From NCBI GenBank assembly GCA_011523185.1, contig WTHI01000092.1, positions 3,048-58,337 of the forward strand: a stretch of DNA of 55,290 bases. The letters run 5' to 3'. Both the position numbers and the translations under genes were made by a program. Below, piece by piece: positions 18,403 to 26,994 of this stretch. This DNA comes from Methanobacteriota archaeon. GTDB lineage: Archaea; Thermoplasmatota; Poseidoniia; Poseidoniales; Thalassarchaeaceae. The notes beneath the pieces were generated by a model. The model was not told the origin of the DNA. It saw only the letters and a program-made list of their open reading frames with translations, and did no database searches. Within the stretch, counting starts at the first letter, position 1. The number at the start of each line of letters is the position of its first letter.

Positions 18403-19357
18403 AGGATTCCTCAATTAGTGAAACGACCTCGTCAGCACAACCCCATGAGAGAGTTACGCCTGCGCCTCCGTGTCCATAATTATGGATGATTAAGGTGCCA
18501 TTTACTACCTCTGATTCTAAACGTACTTCACTTCTTGAAGGACGAAGTCCAACGGATTCCCCGATAATCTTGCTACGATCGAGTTCTGGCCAAACTGCTT
18601 CGCATTTTTGTAGGATAGTTTCACGATCAGAATCACGTAATTCAAGACTCCAATCGTCACTTTGAGCCGTCCCTCCAAGTACTGTACAATCTCTCCTTGC
18701 TATGGTATAGGTCAGGGTCTCTGGTTGTTGGTCAAACCGACCAAATCCAGGGTCTTGATCTATGTATATAATCTGGCCACGAACTGGTTTGACCTCCGCA
18801 TCTAGACATAATTCTCTTGCCCCGATTCCGCTACAGTTGACAATAACTTCCGCAGAAATTTCGGCTAAATCTTCCACTACACTTTCTTCGATTATTCCAC
18901 CCAGATCACGAGTGCGTTGCAATAACCAAGGCATGTAGTGATGCATCTCAATAATTGGTGATTCAAATTCCCATCCGAAAATCCAACCTTCCGGAATTTC
19001 ACCTGAATCTAGAACTCGGAAGTGAGTGATATCTTTTCTCCAACCGGGAAGTTCCACAACTTCACGAAGGTATTCTCTCCCAAATCTCATTGTAATTCCA
19101 GACATAGGTTCTTCTTCACCCAATCTCATTAGTTCAGTATAAGTTTCAGCACCCCAACGATCTGTTTTCTCGATTGGATGAGCTAGAAATGGGTACCACA
19201 AAGCGGCAGCCACATCCGATACCAAATCCGGTGAAAACTCTCTAGCCAAAACTCGAACACTATGACCGGCCTCTAGTAAACGGATTGCAGAAGAGAGCCC
19301 GGATACACCCGCCCCAATCACAACGCAATCCATATCCGTCCGGAGCTGAACAACCAC
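18395..19357 (-). CDS. D-amino-acid oxidase (DAO/DDO family)
   Basis: VIGAGVSGLSSA, SDVAAALW, VNCSGIGA, PVRGQ, VGLRPSR, signature HNYGHGGAGVTLSWGCA; start may be 19333. Confidence 0.9.
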   Translation of the reverse strand: MVVQLRTDMDCVVIGAGVSGLSSAIRLLEAGHSVRVLAREFSPDLVSDVAAALWYPFLAHPIEKTDRWGAETYTELMRLGEEEPMSGITMRFGREYLREVVELPGWRKDITHFRVLDSGEIPEGWIFGWEFESPIIEMHHYMPWLLQRTRDLGGIIEESVVEDLAEISAEVIVNCSGIGARELCLDAEVKPVRGQIIYIDQDPGFGRFDQQPETLTYTIARRDCTVLGGTAQSDDWSLELRDSDRETILQKCEAVWPELDRSKIIGESVGLRPSRSEVRLESEVVNGTLIIHNYGHGGAGVTLSWGCADEVVSLIEESYE

Positions 19358-19418
19358 TTCACATCAACGGTCCAAAAGTGTCTTGAGACACTCCATGATG
19401 TCGAGTATATCCGATAGT

Positions 19419-19613
19419 ATGCCGAAGGTCAGAAAACCCAAGGGTGGATGGTATGTTCCCCGCAAGAAAAAGCGCCGAACAGGGCCTAGAGTAGCTCCTA
19501 GTGAAAAGGGCCTTCCTCCTTGCCCTGCTTGTGGGGAGTGGTCGATGCAGAAGGATAACAATCGGGTTGAGTTGTATTGTGGCGCTTGTGGAGCAATAAT
19601 GGGTTCACGCTAG
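19419..19613 (+). CDS. Small basic protein with C4 zinc ribbon (TFIIB-ribbon-like)
   Basis: MPKVRKPKGGWYVPRKKKRR... followed by CPACG-x14-CGACG. Confidence 0.65.
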   Translation: MPKVRKPKGGWYVPRKKKRRTGPRVAPSEKGLPPCPACGEWSMQKDNNRVELYCGACGAIMGSR

Positions 19614-19656
19614 AAATTAGGGCTGAACCTCATATGCGACGCCATCTACCGGGTGT

Positions 19657-19723
19657 TGTCGCTGTGATGAGGAACCGCACCGGATGCCTTGGGCGTCGCG
19701 AGTGATGGGCGATCTGAGCGGCA
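19657..19723 (+). ncRNA. Candidate box C/D guide sRNA
   Basis: Box C GTGATGA 19664-19670, D'-like CGGA 19681-19684, box D CTGA 19714-19717, terminal stem GTCGC/GCGGC; intergenic, with TATA-like CTCATATG about 25 nt upstream. Confidence 0.65.
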
Positions 19724-19736
19724 CTAGGGTGATTCC

Positions 19737-21311
19737 ATGTCTAGGATAATCACAGATGCAACTGGAAAGAGGTATTTGCTGGAAGATCCAGTGCCTCTAA
19801 CCCAAGCACCCGGGAATATTCAATTGGCTACAAAAAGCACGCCATGGAAGAATTATTGGAGGATGCTGGGGACTGTTATTCTTGCATTTATTTTAATTTG
19901 GTTTGGACTTAGTTCTGTTATTGCAGGTTTAATCTATCAAGTGGTTGAGATTACTGCTCTGGGGGCAATTTGTTCGCTAATTCCCCTTCCATTCCTAATT
20001 ATCCTACATAGGCCTAAATTGATGCATGTTAGGTTGGCAACTCCTGACCCATCTGGAAAGAATCACCATCCGTTGCCAGAGGGTGGATCCCTCAAGACCC
20101 CTCAACCAACAATCTTCCAACGGTTTGTAATCACAGATGACTCGATTCTAGACATGCCACCGCTTAGCCAGATATGGGGTGCTTTCATTGCAATATTGGT
20201 AATTGGTGTGGCGCTATCTATTCCACTAATTCTATCATTAGTATCGGGGGATGAGGATTTACTTGGCGTAGTTTACCTGCTATCTTTCTTCCCGGTTCTT
20301 CTTCTTTCTATAGCGGCATTTTCTATTCCTGTTTTCGCTTGGTGGGCGACGTCCTCGAAAATAATTGGTTTACCAACTAAGAGAAGGGACGCTGAAGCCT
20401 GGATGATTGCTGGAATGGCTTCAGCTCTTCCGGCATTAATTGTCAACAGTTTCATCTTCCCTCTAATTCTTCCAGGTGGTCTTTCATATGGTGATCAAAT
20501 GGCTTTGACCGCAGCAATTAGTGCACCAATAGGAGAAGAGATTTTCAAATTATTAGCAGTATGTTTGTTTTTACAAACAATTCGTAATGCAAAAAAGGGA
20601 TTCCAAGTGGGATTTACCGTAGGGTTGGGATTTGCTTTGATAGAGAATCTTGCCTATATTCTGGGAAGCGCTTTTGGTGGTGCTCCTTCTCTAACCCTAA
20701 CGGCTCTAATGAGAGGTATTGGGTCAATTCCAGCACATGGATTGTGGACAGGCATCTCAGGATTTGGGCTCGGCTATTACTCCCAAACTACAGATGCGGA
20801 TAAGAGAATGAAATGGATGATTAATCGGTTTAGCATTAAGTCGGTTGACTTTGCGGAAAATCTAGGCTTCGATATAGATGGGGATGGAGACCATTCTGGT
20901 TTTGATGAATTTAGACCTACCTTTGAAGAAATTTTGGAAAAGGACGAGACCGACTCTAACTGGAAATTGATAGACAAAAAAACAGGGGAACTAATCGATG
21001 CCCCAGGTGTCGAGACGATGGAAGTCAGTCATTCATTGGTTACTCCTTGGGATGCTGCAAATCTAAGAAAAGAAGATGGGTTCAGAATATTACCCGCAAA
21101 GAATGTTCTAGCATGTCTAGGAATCGCTATCGGCGGCCATGCATTTTGGAATGGCACACTGGTGAGTATCGAGAAATTGGGAGAGGCTCTTGGGCTTGGA
21201 TGGGGAGGTGTGTTTATCCTGAACATAGCCTGGGTTTCAGTACTGATTATTGTTTTACTAATCCTCGCTCGTGGTATTTTCAAGGGGGTACGTACTCTAC
21301 CTGCGACATAA
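19737..21311 (+). CDS. PrsW family glutamic-type intramembrane protease
   Basis: PIGEEIFK (EExxK), GLGFALIEN, PAHGLWT and GHAFWN motifs; multi-TM. Confidence 0.88.
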   Translation: MSRIITDATGKRYLLEDPVPLTQAPGNIQLATKSTPWKNYWRMLGTVILAFILIWFGLSSVIAGLIYQVVEITALGAICSLIPLPFLIILHRPKLMHVRLATPDPSGKNHHPLPEGGSLKTPQPTIFQRFVITDDSILDMPPLSQIWGAFIAILVIGVALSIPLILSLVSGDEDLLGVVYLLSFFPVLLLSIAAFSIPVFAWWATSSKIIGLPTKRRDAEAWMIAGMASALPALIVNSFIFPLILPGGLSYGDQMALTAAISAPIGEEIFKLLAVCLFLQTIRNAKKGFQVGFTVGLGFALIENLAYILGSAFGGAPSLTLTALMRGIGSIPAHGLWTGISGFGLGYYSQTTDADKRMKWMINRFSIKSVDFAENLGFDIDGDGDHSGFDEFRPTFEEILEKDETDSNWKLIDKKTGELIDAPGVETMEVSHSLVTPWDAANLRKEDGFRILPAKNVLACLGIAIGGHAFWNGTLVSIEKLGEALGLGWGGVFILNIAWVSVLIIVLLILARGIFKGVRTLPAT

Positions 21312-21365
21312 GTCGCATTGGGGAATCCTTCATCATCCTCTGACGTCGTAATGGAAGCGTAGGAC

Positions 21366-22103
21366 ATGGACCCAACAACTGACCAGATGATTTCAGTTGG
21401 CCTAGTATTTGGCTTGATGATGCTCTCCGCAGTGCGTGGGATGCTCAACAGAACTGGATTAATTGCTGCCGCATCAGTCGGACTTACAGTGTCTTTGTTC
21501 GGTCATTGGACATGGTTAACAATTCTCATTTCATTTCTCGCGGTAGGATCATTAGCCACATTATGGAAGTATGAAGAGAAGGCCGCGTTGAGATTGGCAG
21601 AGGACAACAAAGGAGCCCGTGGTTGGCGGAATGTTATGGCTAATGGTGGCGTCGCTTCATTAGTCGCAATTGCAAATTTCACTCTCGACCAACCAGAATG
21701 GGCTTACTTGGCGGCTTGTGCTTCAATCTCTGTTGCTGCCTCCGATACTTTAGCTTCCGAAATTGGAAGTCTAGATCCTAGAACTCGAAGTATCATCAAT
21801 CTAGAAGCAGTACCGGCTGGAACTAATGGAGGAATGTCGGTAACAGGCACTTTTGCAGCATTTGGTGGTGCCGCACTAATTGCAATACTGTCGGTTAGTC
21901 TTGCTTCAATTACGGATGTTGAAATTCCTTTGTTGACAATGTTGGTAGTGGTTACAGCAATAGGATGGCTTGGCTGCCAAGTCGATTCTGTTTTAGGCGC
22001 TCTTTTTGAGAATAAAGGGCTGATTGGGAAGCACACTGTAAACTTCCTAGCAACACTATCTGGTGCGCTGATGGCTATATTTGTCCATATCCGCTTCCTC
22101 TAA
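21366..22103 (+). CDS. DUF92 (TMEM19-like) membrane protein
   Basis: RGWRNVMANG, SDTLASEIG, VPAGTNGGMS..GT, DSVLGA..E, VNFLAT. Confidence 0.9.
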   Translation: MDPTTDQMISVGLVFGLMMLSAVRGMLNRTGLIAAASVGLTVSLFGHWTWLTILISFLAVGSLATLWKYEEKAALRLAEDNKGARGWRNVMANGGVASLVAIANFTLDQPEWAYLAACASISVAASDTLASEIGSLDPRTRSIINLEAVPAGTNGGMSVTGTFAAFGGAALIAILSVSLASITDVEIPLLTMLVVVTAIGWLGCQVDSVLGALFENKGLIGKHTVNFLATLSGALMAIFVHIRFL

Positions 22104-22206
22104 GAGGAAGCGTTTGTGAAACCTAAAGAATACGTTTTTGTCGAACTCACAGAAGCGCGAGGTTTGAATGCCGGTCCAATTAGCGGTGGGGCAAGAGGTG
22201 TAACCG

Positions 22207-24531
22207 TTGTTGAGGTCAAGAGCGCTTTCGGCAGCAATTTTCCTACTTCTCATTGGTACTTTTGCAGCAAGTTCTACCAGTGGCCAAGAGGTAGAAGAAT
22301 TTGGCCCTGGACTAGAACTCAGCATCCCTCAAAATCACAATATTTTCCTTCATGGAACAGAAGAGACCCCCGAACTTCGTAGAGACTGGCCAATTCTCAC
22401 AGGTATACCGGGAGGTTCGGCAAGTTTCTCCAAGACAGCAGGGGCGCCTGAAAATCTCGTCGATGTTCAAGGAATACCGATTGTAGAGGCCCTTTCCCTA
22501 AACGGCACAGTAACTGTTGAATTGTATGCTTCATTAGAGGCGAAATCTCCAGTTTGCAGGCAAACTAACGTTATTCCTGGTTCTCCCGCTGGTGCAACAA
22601 CTCAATTCTTTGTGACTCTAAGGTGGGGTTCTTTCACTCTTCTCAACGGTATGGCAACTAATGTTGTAACTATGGAAGAATCCTATACTCAATCTCATAT
22701 TTTCCAAGTTGAGGCACCTGTTGATGATGTAGACCTAGGGCCAGGAGACGTCCTATCTATGCAAATTTCAGTACAACACGATTGCGTTCAGCCGGGCTCA
22801 TTGTGGTGGGGGACTTATGATGCGAAAAGTGGAATCACATTTTCCGGTGACTTAATTGATCCACAATTAGAACAAGTCACTGATTCAAACAGAATAACAA
22901 GAATCGAGTTTACCCCTATTTCACCATGGGGCCCTTCGGATTTTTCACAACAAGTTATCGAAGTTGTTGGGCCGATGGATAGCTACGAATCTATGGTTCA
23001 TGGATTCGGTCAAGAGGATCAAAGATTGGAGCACTTTGAATCTCCTCATTCCTTTAGGGTCGGTGAAGCAAACAGGACTGTTCTTACTTGGTCTACATCA
23101 AAACCCTTGGAACCTGGATTGTACATGATAGATGGTTGCTTCAAACTTCAAGATCAAGATCCCGCTGAACCTTGTGATGTGATTGGTGTTCTGAAATTCA
23201 AAGTTGAGGAAGACCCTCAGGCTCTATTGAGCGGAACATGGGTCGCCATAATGATTCCACTTGGGGTAATTGCATGGCTCGGTGCATCAATGAGAGAGGC
23301 CATGTTGCCTCTTCCTGCTTATGCAGTAATTCTTGTTCTTGCCATTGCGAGTATTGGACCCGCCATCCACCTGCCAGATATAGATGCCAATGCACCACGT
23401 TCAGATGGCGCCGCCCCATCCTTCACTCTCTTGGAGCACGGGGGGGATGGTTCGGTATCTCTGTTTGAATTACTCTCAGATTCCGATGCTGTTGTTGTTG
23501 GATTGTATGTCCCCGGATCTGCTAATGCAAACCGTCAAGCAAATGATTTCCAAATGGCTGATGCACTGATAGATAGAGATATTTCATTTGTTCAAATTGC
23601 TACTGGCGAGGGGGTCAGAGCAGTCGATTTAGACGCTCATTCCGAGTTAATCAATGGTTCTTGGCCATTATTGATGGATAATGCTGATTCTAGTGTCGGT
23701 AAATCCTTCCCAAGTGGGGCAAGTGATGCTGTAATTATCATCGATGCAGCGGGTTTCATCACAGATTGGTCACCTGGAATTTACTCAAGTTCGGAGATTG
23801 CTGACGCGGTCGAAGAAGCAACGAAGGGCTCCGGGCATAGTGTGTTCGACCCACTTACCTTACTTTGGGGTACGGCCTTACTTCCTTTGTTCGTTCTAGC
23901 TATGCCGCGAGAAAGGAAATATGAGCAGCCGGATGAGGTTCTCCTCCCTGGCTCGGGAGTTTTGTTGACATTACTTGCGGCAGGTGTGGGCTTTTCCCTG
24001 TGGGCAATACCCATTTCCCTGATGGCAGCATTTGGCTTGGGTGCATGGTGGATATGGATTGAATTGATACTCGCCATTATTCTAACCTACCATGGTATAC
24101 GAACCTTAACCAGTGGCAGAATCCCAGAGATGGATTGGATTTCAAATAAGATTCATTCGAGACTACCAGATGAATATCGAGATTGGAGAAAGGCATCTTC
24201 ATTTAGCGACGACCTTCATTTAGGAATTTGGGTGGCCTGGTTGATTTGGCTGCGTACACCCGATTTGGTTGCTCAGGGTGTAGGCGCAGTAGCTCGCACC
24301 GGAGTTTTTGGAATAATTCTCTCTGTATTCATGTTACTAGGTCTAATCCTCGCAGCAGGTTTGACTGTAGTAATCGCTCGTGCTATAATCGGAATAACCG
24401 GTCCAATCCCTAGAACGCTTGGTAGTCTGAGTGTAGGAATTCGCCCAAGAGCATGGGGCCTAGCGAGTGCAATATTGGGGTCTTGGTTACTTATCAGTCT
24501 ACTAGTTGGTCCAGTATTGGGTAATTTTTGA
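22207..24531 (+). CDS. Large membrane protein: signal peptide, beta-rich extracellular region, redoxin-like domain lacking CxxC, multi-TM C-terminus
   Basis: 774-aa ORF (TTG start); GAAPSFTL...VVVGLYVPGSANANRQ...WPLLMD...VIIIDAAG resembles the AhpC/TSA-redoxin fold. Confidence 0.7.
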   Translation: MLRSRALSAAIFLLLIGTFAASSTSGQEVEEFGPGLELSIPQNHNIFLHGTEETPELRRDWPILTGIPGGSASFSKTAGAPENLVDVQGIPIVEALSLNGTVTVELYASLEAKSPVCRQTNVIPGSPAGATTQFFVTLRWGSFTLLNGMATNVVTMEESYTQSHIFQVEAPVDDVDLGPGDVLSMQISVQHDCVQPGSLWWGTYDAKSGITFSGDLIDPQLEQVTDSNRITRIEFTPISPWGPSDFSQQVIEVVGPMDSYESMVHGFGQEDQRLEHFESPHSFRVGEANRTVLTWSTSKPLEPGLYMIDGCFKLQDQDPAEPCDVIGVLKFKVEEDPQALLSGTWVAIMIPLGVIAWLGASMREAMLPLPAYAVILVLAIASIGPAIHLPDIDANAPRSDGAAPSFTLLEHGGDGSVSLFELLSDSDAVVVGLYVPGSANANRQANDFQMADALIDRDISFVQIATGEGVRAVDLDAHSELINGSWPLLMDNADSSVGKSFPSGASDAVIIIDAAGFITDWSPGIYSSSEIADAVEEATKGSGHSVFDPLTLLWGTALLPLFVLAMPRERKYEQPDEVLLPGSGVLLTLLAAGVGFSLWAIPISLMAAFGLGAWWIWIELILAIILTYHGIRTLTSGRIPEMDWISNKIHSRLPDEYRDWRKASSFSDDLHLGIWVAWLIWLRTPDLVAQGVGAVARTGVFGIILSVFMLLGLILAAGLTVVIARAIIGITGPIPRTLGSLSVGIRPRAWGLASAILGSWLLISLLVGPVLGNF

Positions 24532-24609
24532 TTTCGAATAATCAACTCAACTCTAAACTAATCAACCGAGAGCATCATAAGAGCATAGCCACTCGTCTAA
24601 TCACAGATT

Positions 24610-24685
24610 GGGGGTATAGTATAGCCCGGTATTATTACCGGCTCCAGACCGGTGGAGGGGGGTTCAAATCCCTCTGCCCCCACCA
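24610..24685 (+). tRNA. tRNA-Trp(CCA), intronless, CCA end encoded
   Basis: GGGGGTA/TGCCCCC acceptor stem, ACCGG-CT-CCA-GA-CCGGT anticodon arm, GGTTCAAATCC. Confidence 0.93.
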
Positions 24686-24768
24686 TATAACTCAGCCATG
24701 CATTACCCATTATCTTCAGATTCATTATGTGGTGGGATTGATGAAGTGCGGCCGTTGGCGCTTGCTCA

Positions 24769-26898
24769 ATGGATAGTAGGTCGGTTGCAGTTGCGCTTGT
24801 GCTCATTCTATTATCTCCACTTGCTGGAAGCATTGCGGCCCCTAGTGCAAATTCCAAACACACCCCATTGGACTCAACAGGATTTCAATTAATTGAAGAA
24901 GGCCTTACAACTGAAATCCCGATTCAGGAACCAATTTGGTGGGATTCCAACCTAAATTGGTGGGAGCACACTTCATTGGATTCAGATCGTAATGGAATCC
25001 ACGACTCATTACAATTAGCAATAGGCCCTGTAAATGTCGGTATATCCTATTCACGCGAGGTTACAAATGTGGACAAAGAAACATTGGAAAACTTGGGTTT
25101 TGATGTCCACATTGAATTGCCTATAGTAGACGCATTATTGCTTGGAGATGTCGATGCAAGTCAAGTTTGGCAATTAGCAGAATTGGATGGAGTAGTTATG
25201 GTAGAGAGATATGGCTCTCTAGTTTTCTATGGAGATGTCCAAACTCCAGCAGTGAAAGCCATGAATTCTTCAGAATATCCGATTGGGGCGTGGGATTTTG
25301 GAGTAACAGGTAAAGGAATTAACATCGCGATGGTAGATACTGGTGTTGACAATGAACATCCAGGACTCAATACGAAATTTGTAGCAGGATATGATGCTGT
25401 TTGTTTCGTACATTCAGACCCACAGTGCATCCTTGCAGGAGGCCGGGAAGATGATGGGTCATTCGATCCAGATGATGGCAATCAGCACGGGACTGCATGT
25501 ATGGGTATGGCTAGTGCAACTGGTATCGAGGCCGATGGCTCCCAATCCGATTTCTACGGGTCAGCTCCAGATGCAGGTTTAGTAGACGTAAGAATAGGGA
25601 CAGATGTTGGCGCGGGGCCATTTGAAAATTATCTTCTAGAACAGGAATTTTACGAATCAGCAATGAATGGCCTACAGTGGATTATCGACCATCGAGATGA
25701 TGCGTGGCCAGGAGTAGAAGAAGAGAGTTATGGAATCGATATCATCTCTCTTTCTTGGGGAATAACCAGCCACGAGAATGGAGGTTCGGATGGAACTGAC
25801 ATGCATAGTAGAATTCTCGATGAAGCTATGGAATTAGGAGTAGCCGTTTCTAACGCTGCGGGTAATGACGGAGAGGACAATGATGGGCTATCTGGAATGA
25901 GCGCATCTTCTCTTTCAATCACTGTGGCATCAACTGATGATCAGAATACTGTTGACAGATCTGACGACACCATTGCTGGATATTCATCCAGAGGGCCTCG
26001 CAAGGACAATGGTGATGGTAATCCTGTGAACGAATTGATACCAGAAATTAGTGCACCGGGTACAAATATAATTCAAGCCGAGGGGTGTGTGTCTAGTGGA
26101 GGGTGCAATAATTTCCTTGGTGGAGATGCATCCCAGAACACCTACACTGGAAGAGGTAGTGGAACCTCTTATGCGGCTCCAGCAGTAACTGGCATCGTAG
26201 CATTGGTTTGGGAGGCAAACGAAAACCTGACTCCTTTACAAATCAAGGAAGTTCTCAAGCATACATCTGAATTACGGGGAGAAGCCAGTGCCCCAGAAGT
26301 CGACCCATATTGGAATAGAGAATTCGGATATGGTATGGTCGATGCTTTGGCCGCTGTTGAACTTGCGATTTTCCTTAGAGATAGTGGACAAACTCCACTA
26401 ATCGAACCAACATTACAGAATCATAAACTCAATCTTTCCTCGGGTGAGGTAATCAATATGACCGGTCATGCTTGGGGTCAAGAAGGAAGCGTTGACCGAG
26501 TAGAATATCGAATTGATGGCGGCGAATGGATGGAGACAACTTACTCCGCCACTCCAAGTGAGGTAGGCGCTCTAACTCCCTTCTTGTGGCACATTTTATT
26601 GGACCCAGATAAACTGACATCAGGCAACCATACTGTCGAGGTTCATGCTGTCGCAGGTGCTATGCATTCACTACCGGTATTCTTCGAAATCGAGGGTACA
26701 GGTGGTGCTTCAGAATCACTAGCAATTCCCCCAATCGCAATCGGCATTGTTGTTATCGTTGCATTGGCTTGGGTCGCTTCATTGGTTCTAATCCGCATGC
26801 GTTCAGATGATGAGATTGAGACAATGATTAGCAGTATTAGAAATCGAAATGAGATAGAGGAAGTTGTAGAAGCAGAGTTACTCGATTCTGAAAATTGA
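24769..26898 (+). CDS. Secreted, C-terminally anchored S8 (subtilisin-like) serine peptidase
   Basis: Signal peptide; catalytic motifs VDTG, QHGTACMG, GTSYAAP; oxyanion AAGN; Ig-like domain and C-terminal TM. Confidence 0.95.
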   Translation: MDSRSVAVALVLILLSPLAGSIAAPSANSKHTPLDSTGFQLIEEGLTTEIPIQEPIWWDSNLNWWEHTSLDSDRNGIHDSLQLAIGPVNVGISYSREVTNVDKETLENLGFDVHIELPIVDALLLGDVDASQVWQLAELDGVVMVERYGSLVFYGDVQTPAVKAMNSSEYPIGAWDFGVTGKGINIAMVDTGVDNEHPGLNTKFVAGYDAVCFVHSDPQCILAGGREDDGSFDPDDGNQHGTACMGMASATGIEADGSQSDFYGSAPDAGLVDVRIGTDVGAGPFENYLLEQEFYESAMNGLQWIIDHRDDAWPGVEEESYGIDIISLSWGITSHENGGSDGTDMHSRILDEAMELGVAVSNAAGNDGEDNDGLSGMSASSLSITVASTDDQNTVDRSDDTIAGYSSRGPRKDNGDGNPVNELIPEISAPGTNIIQAEGCVSSGGCNNFLGGDASQNTYTGRGSGTSYAAPAVTGIVALVWEANENLTPLQIKEVLKHTSELRGEASAPEVDPYWNREFGYGMVDALAAVELAIFLRDSGQTPLIEPTLQNHKLNLSSGEVINMTGHAWGQEGSVDRVEYRIDGGEWMETTYSATPSEVGALTPFLWHILLDPDKLTSGNHTVEVHAVAGAMHSLPVFFEIEGTGGASESLAIPPIAIGIVVIVALAWVASLVLIRMRSDDEIETMISSIRNRNEIEEVVEAELLDSEN

Positions 26899-26994
26899 TA
26901 GCAAAAATAATTCATGTTAATCTCTAATGTTATCCTACGAATCCGAAGGATTCGAAGGTGTTAGTTCAAATGCTCATTCTGTTCTCCGTAGGTC

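Noticed and set aside
19636-19699. GCGACGCC/GGCGTCGC 8-bp complementarity suggesting a riboswitch
   Set aside because: The 5' arm probably lies upstream of the inferred sRNA start, and no known aptamer is recognisable; the C/D interpretation explains the region better.
24528-24892. Short ORFs 24528-24776, 24597-24863 and 24698-24892
   Set aside because: They overlap tRNA-Trp or the S8 protease start; spurious.
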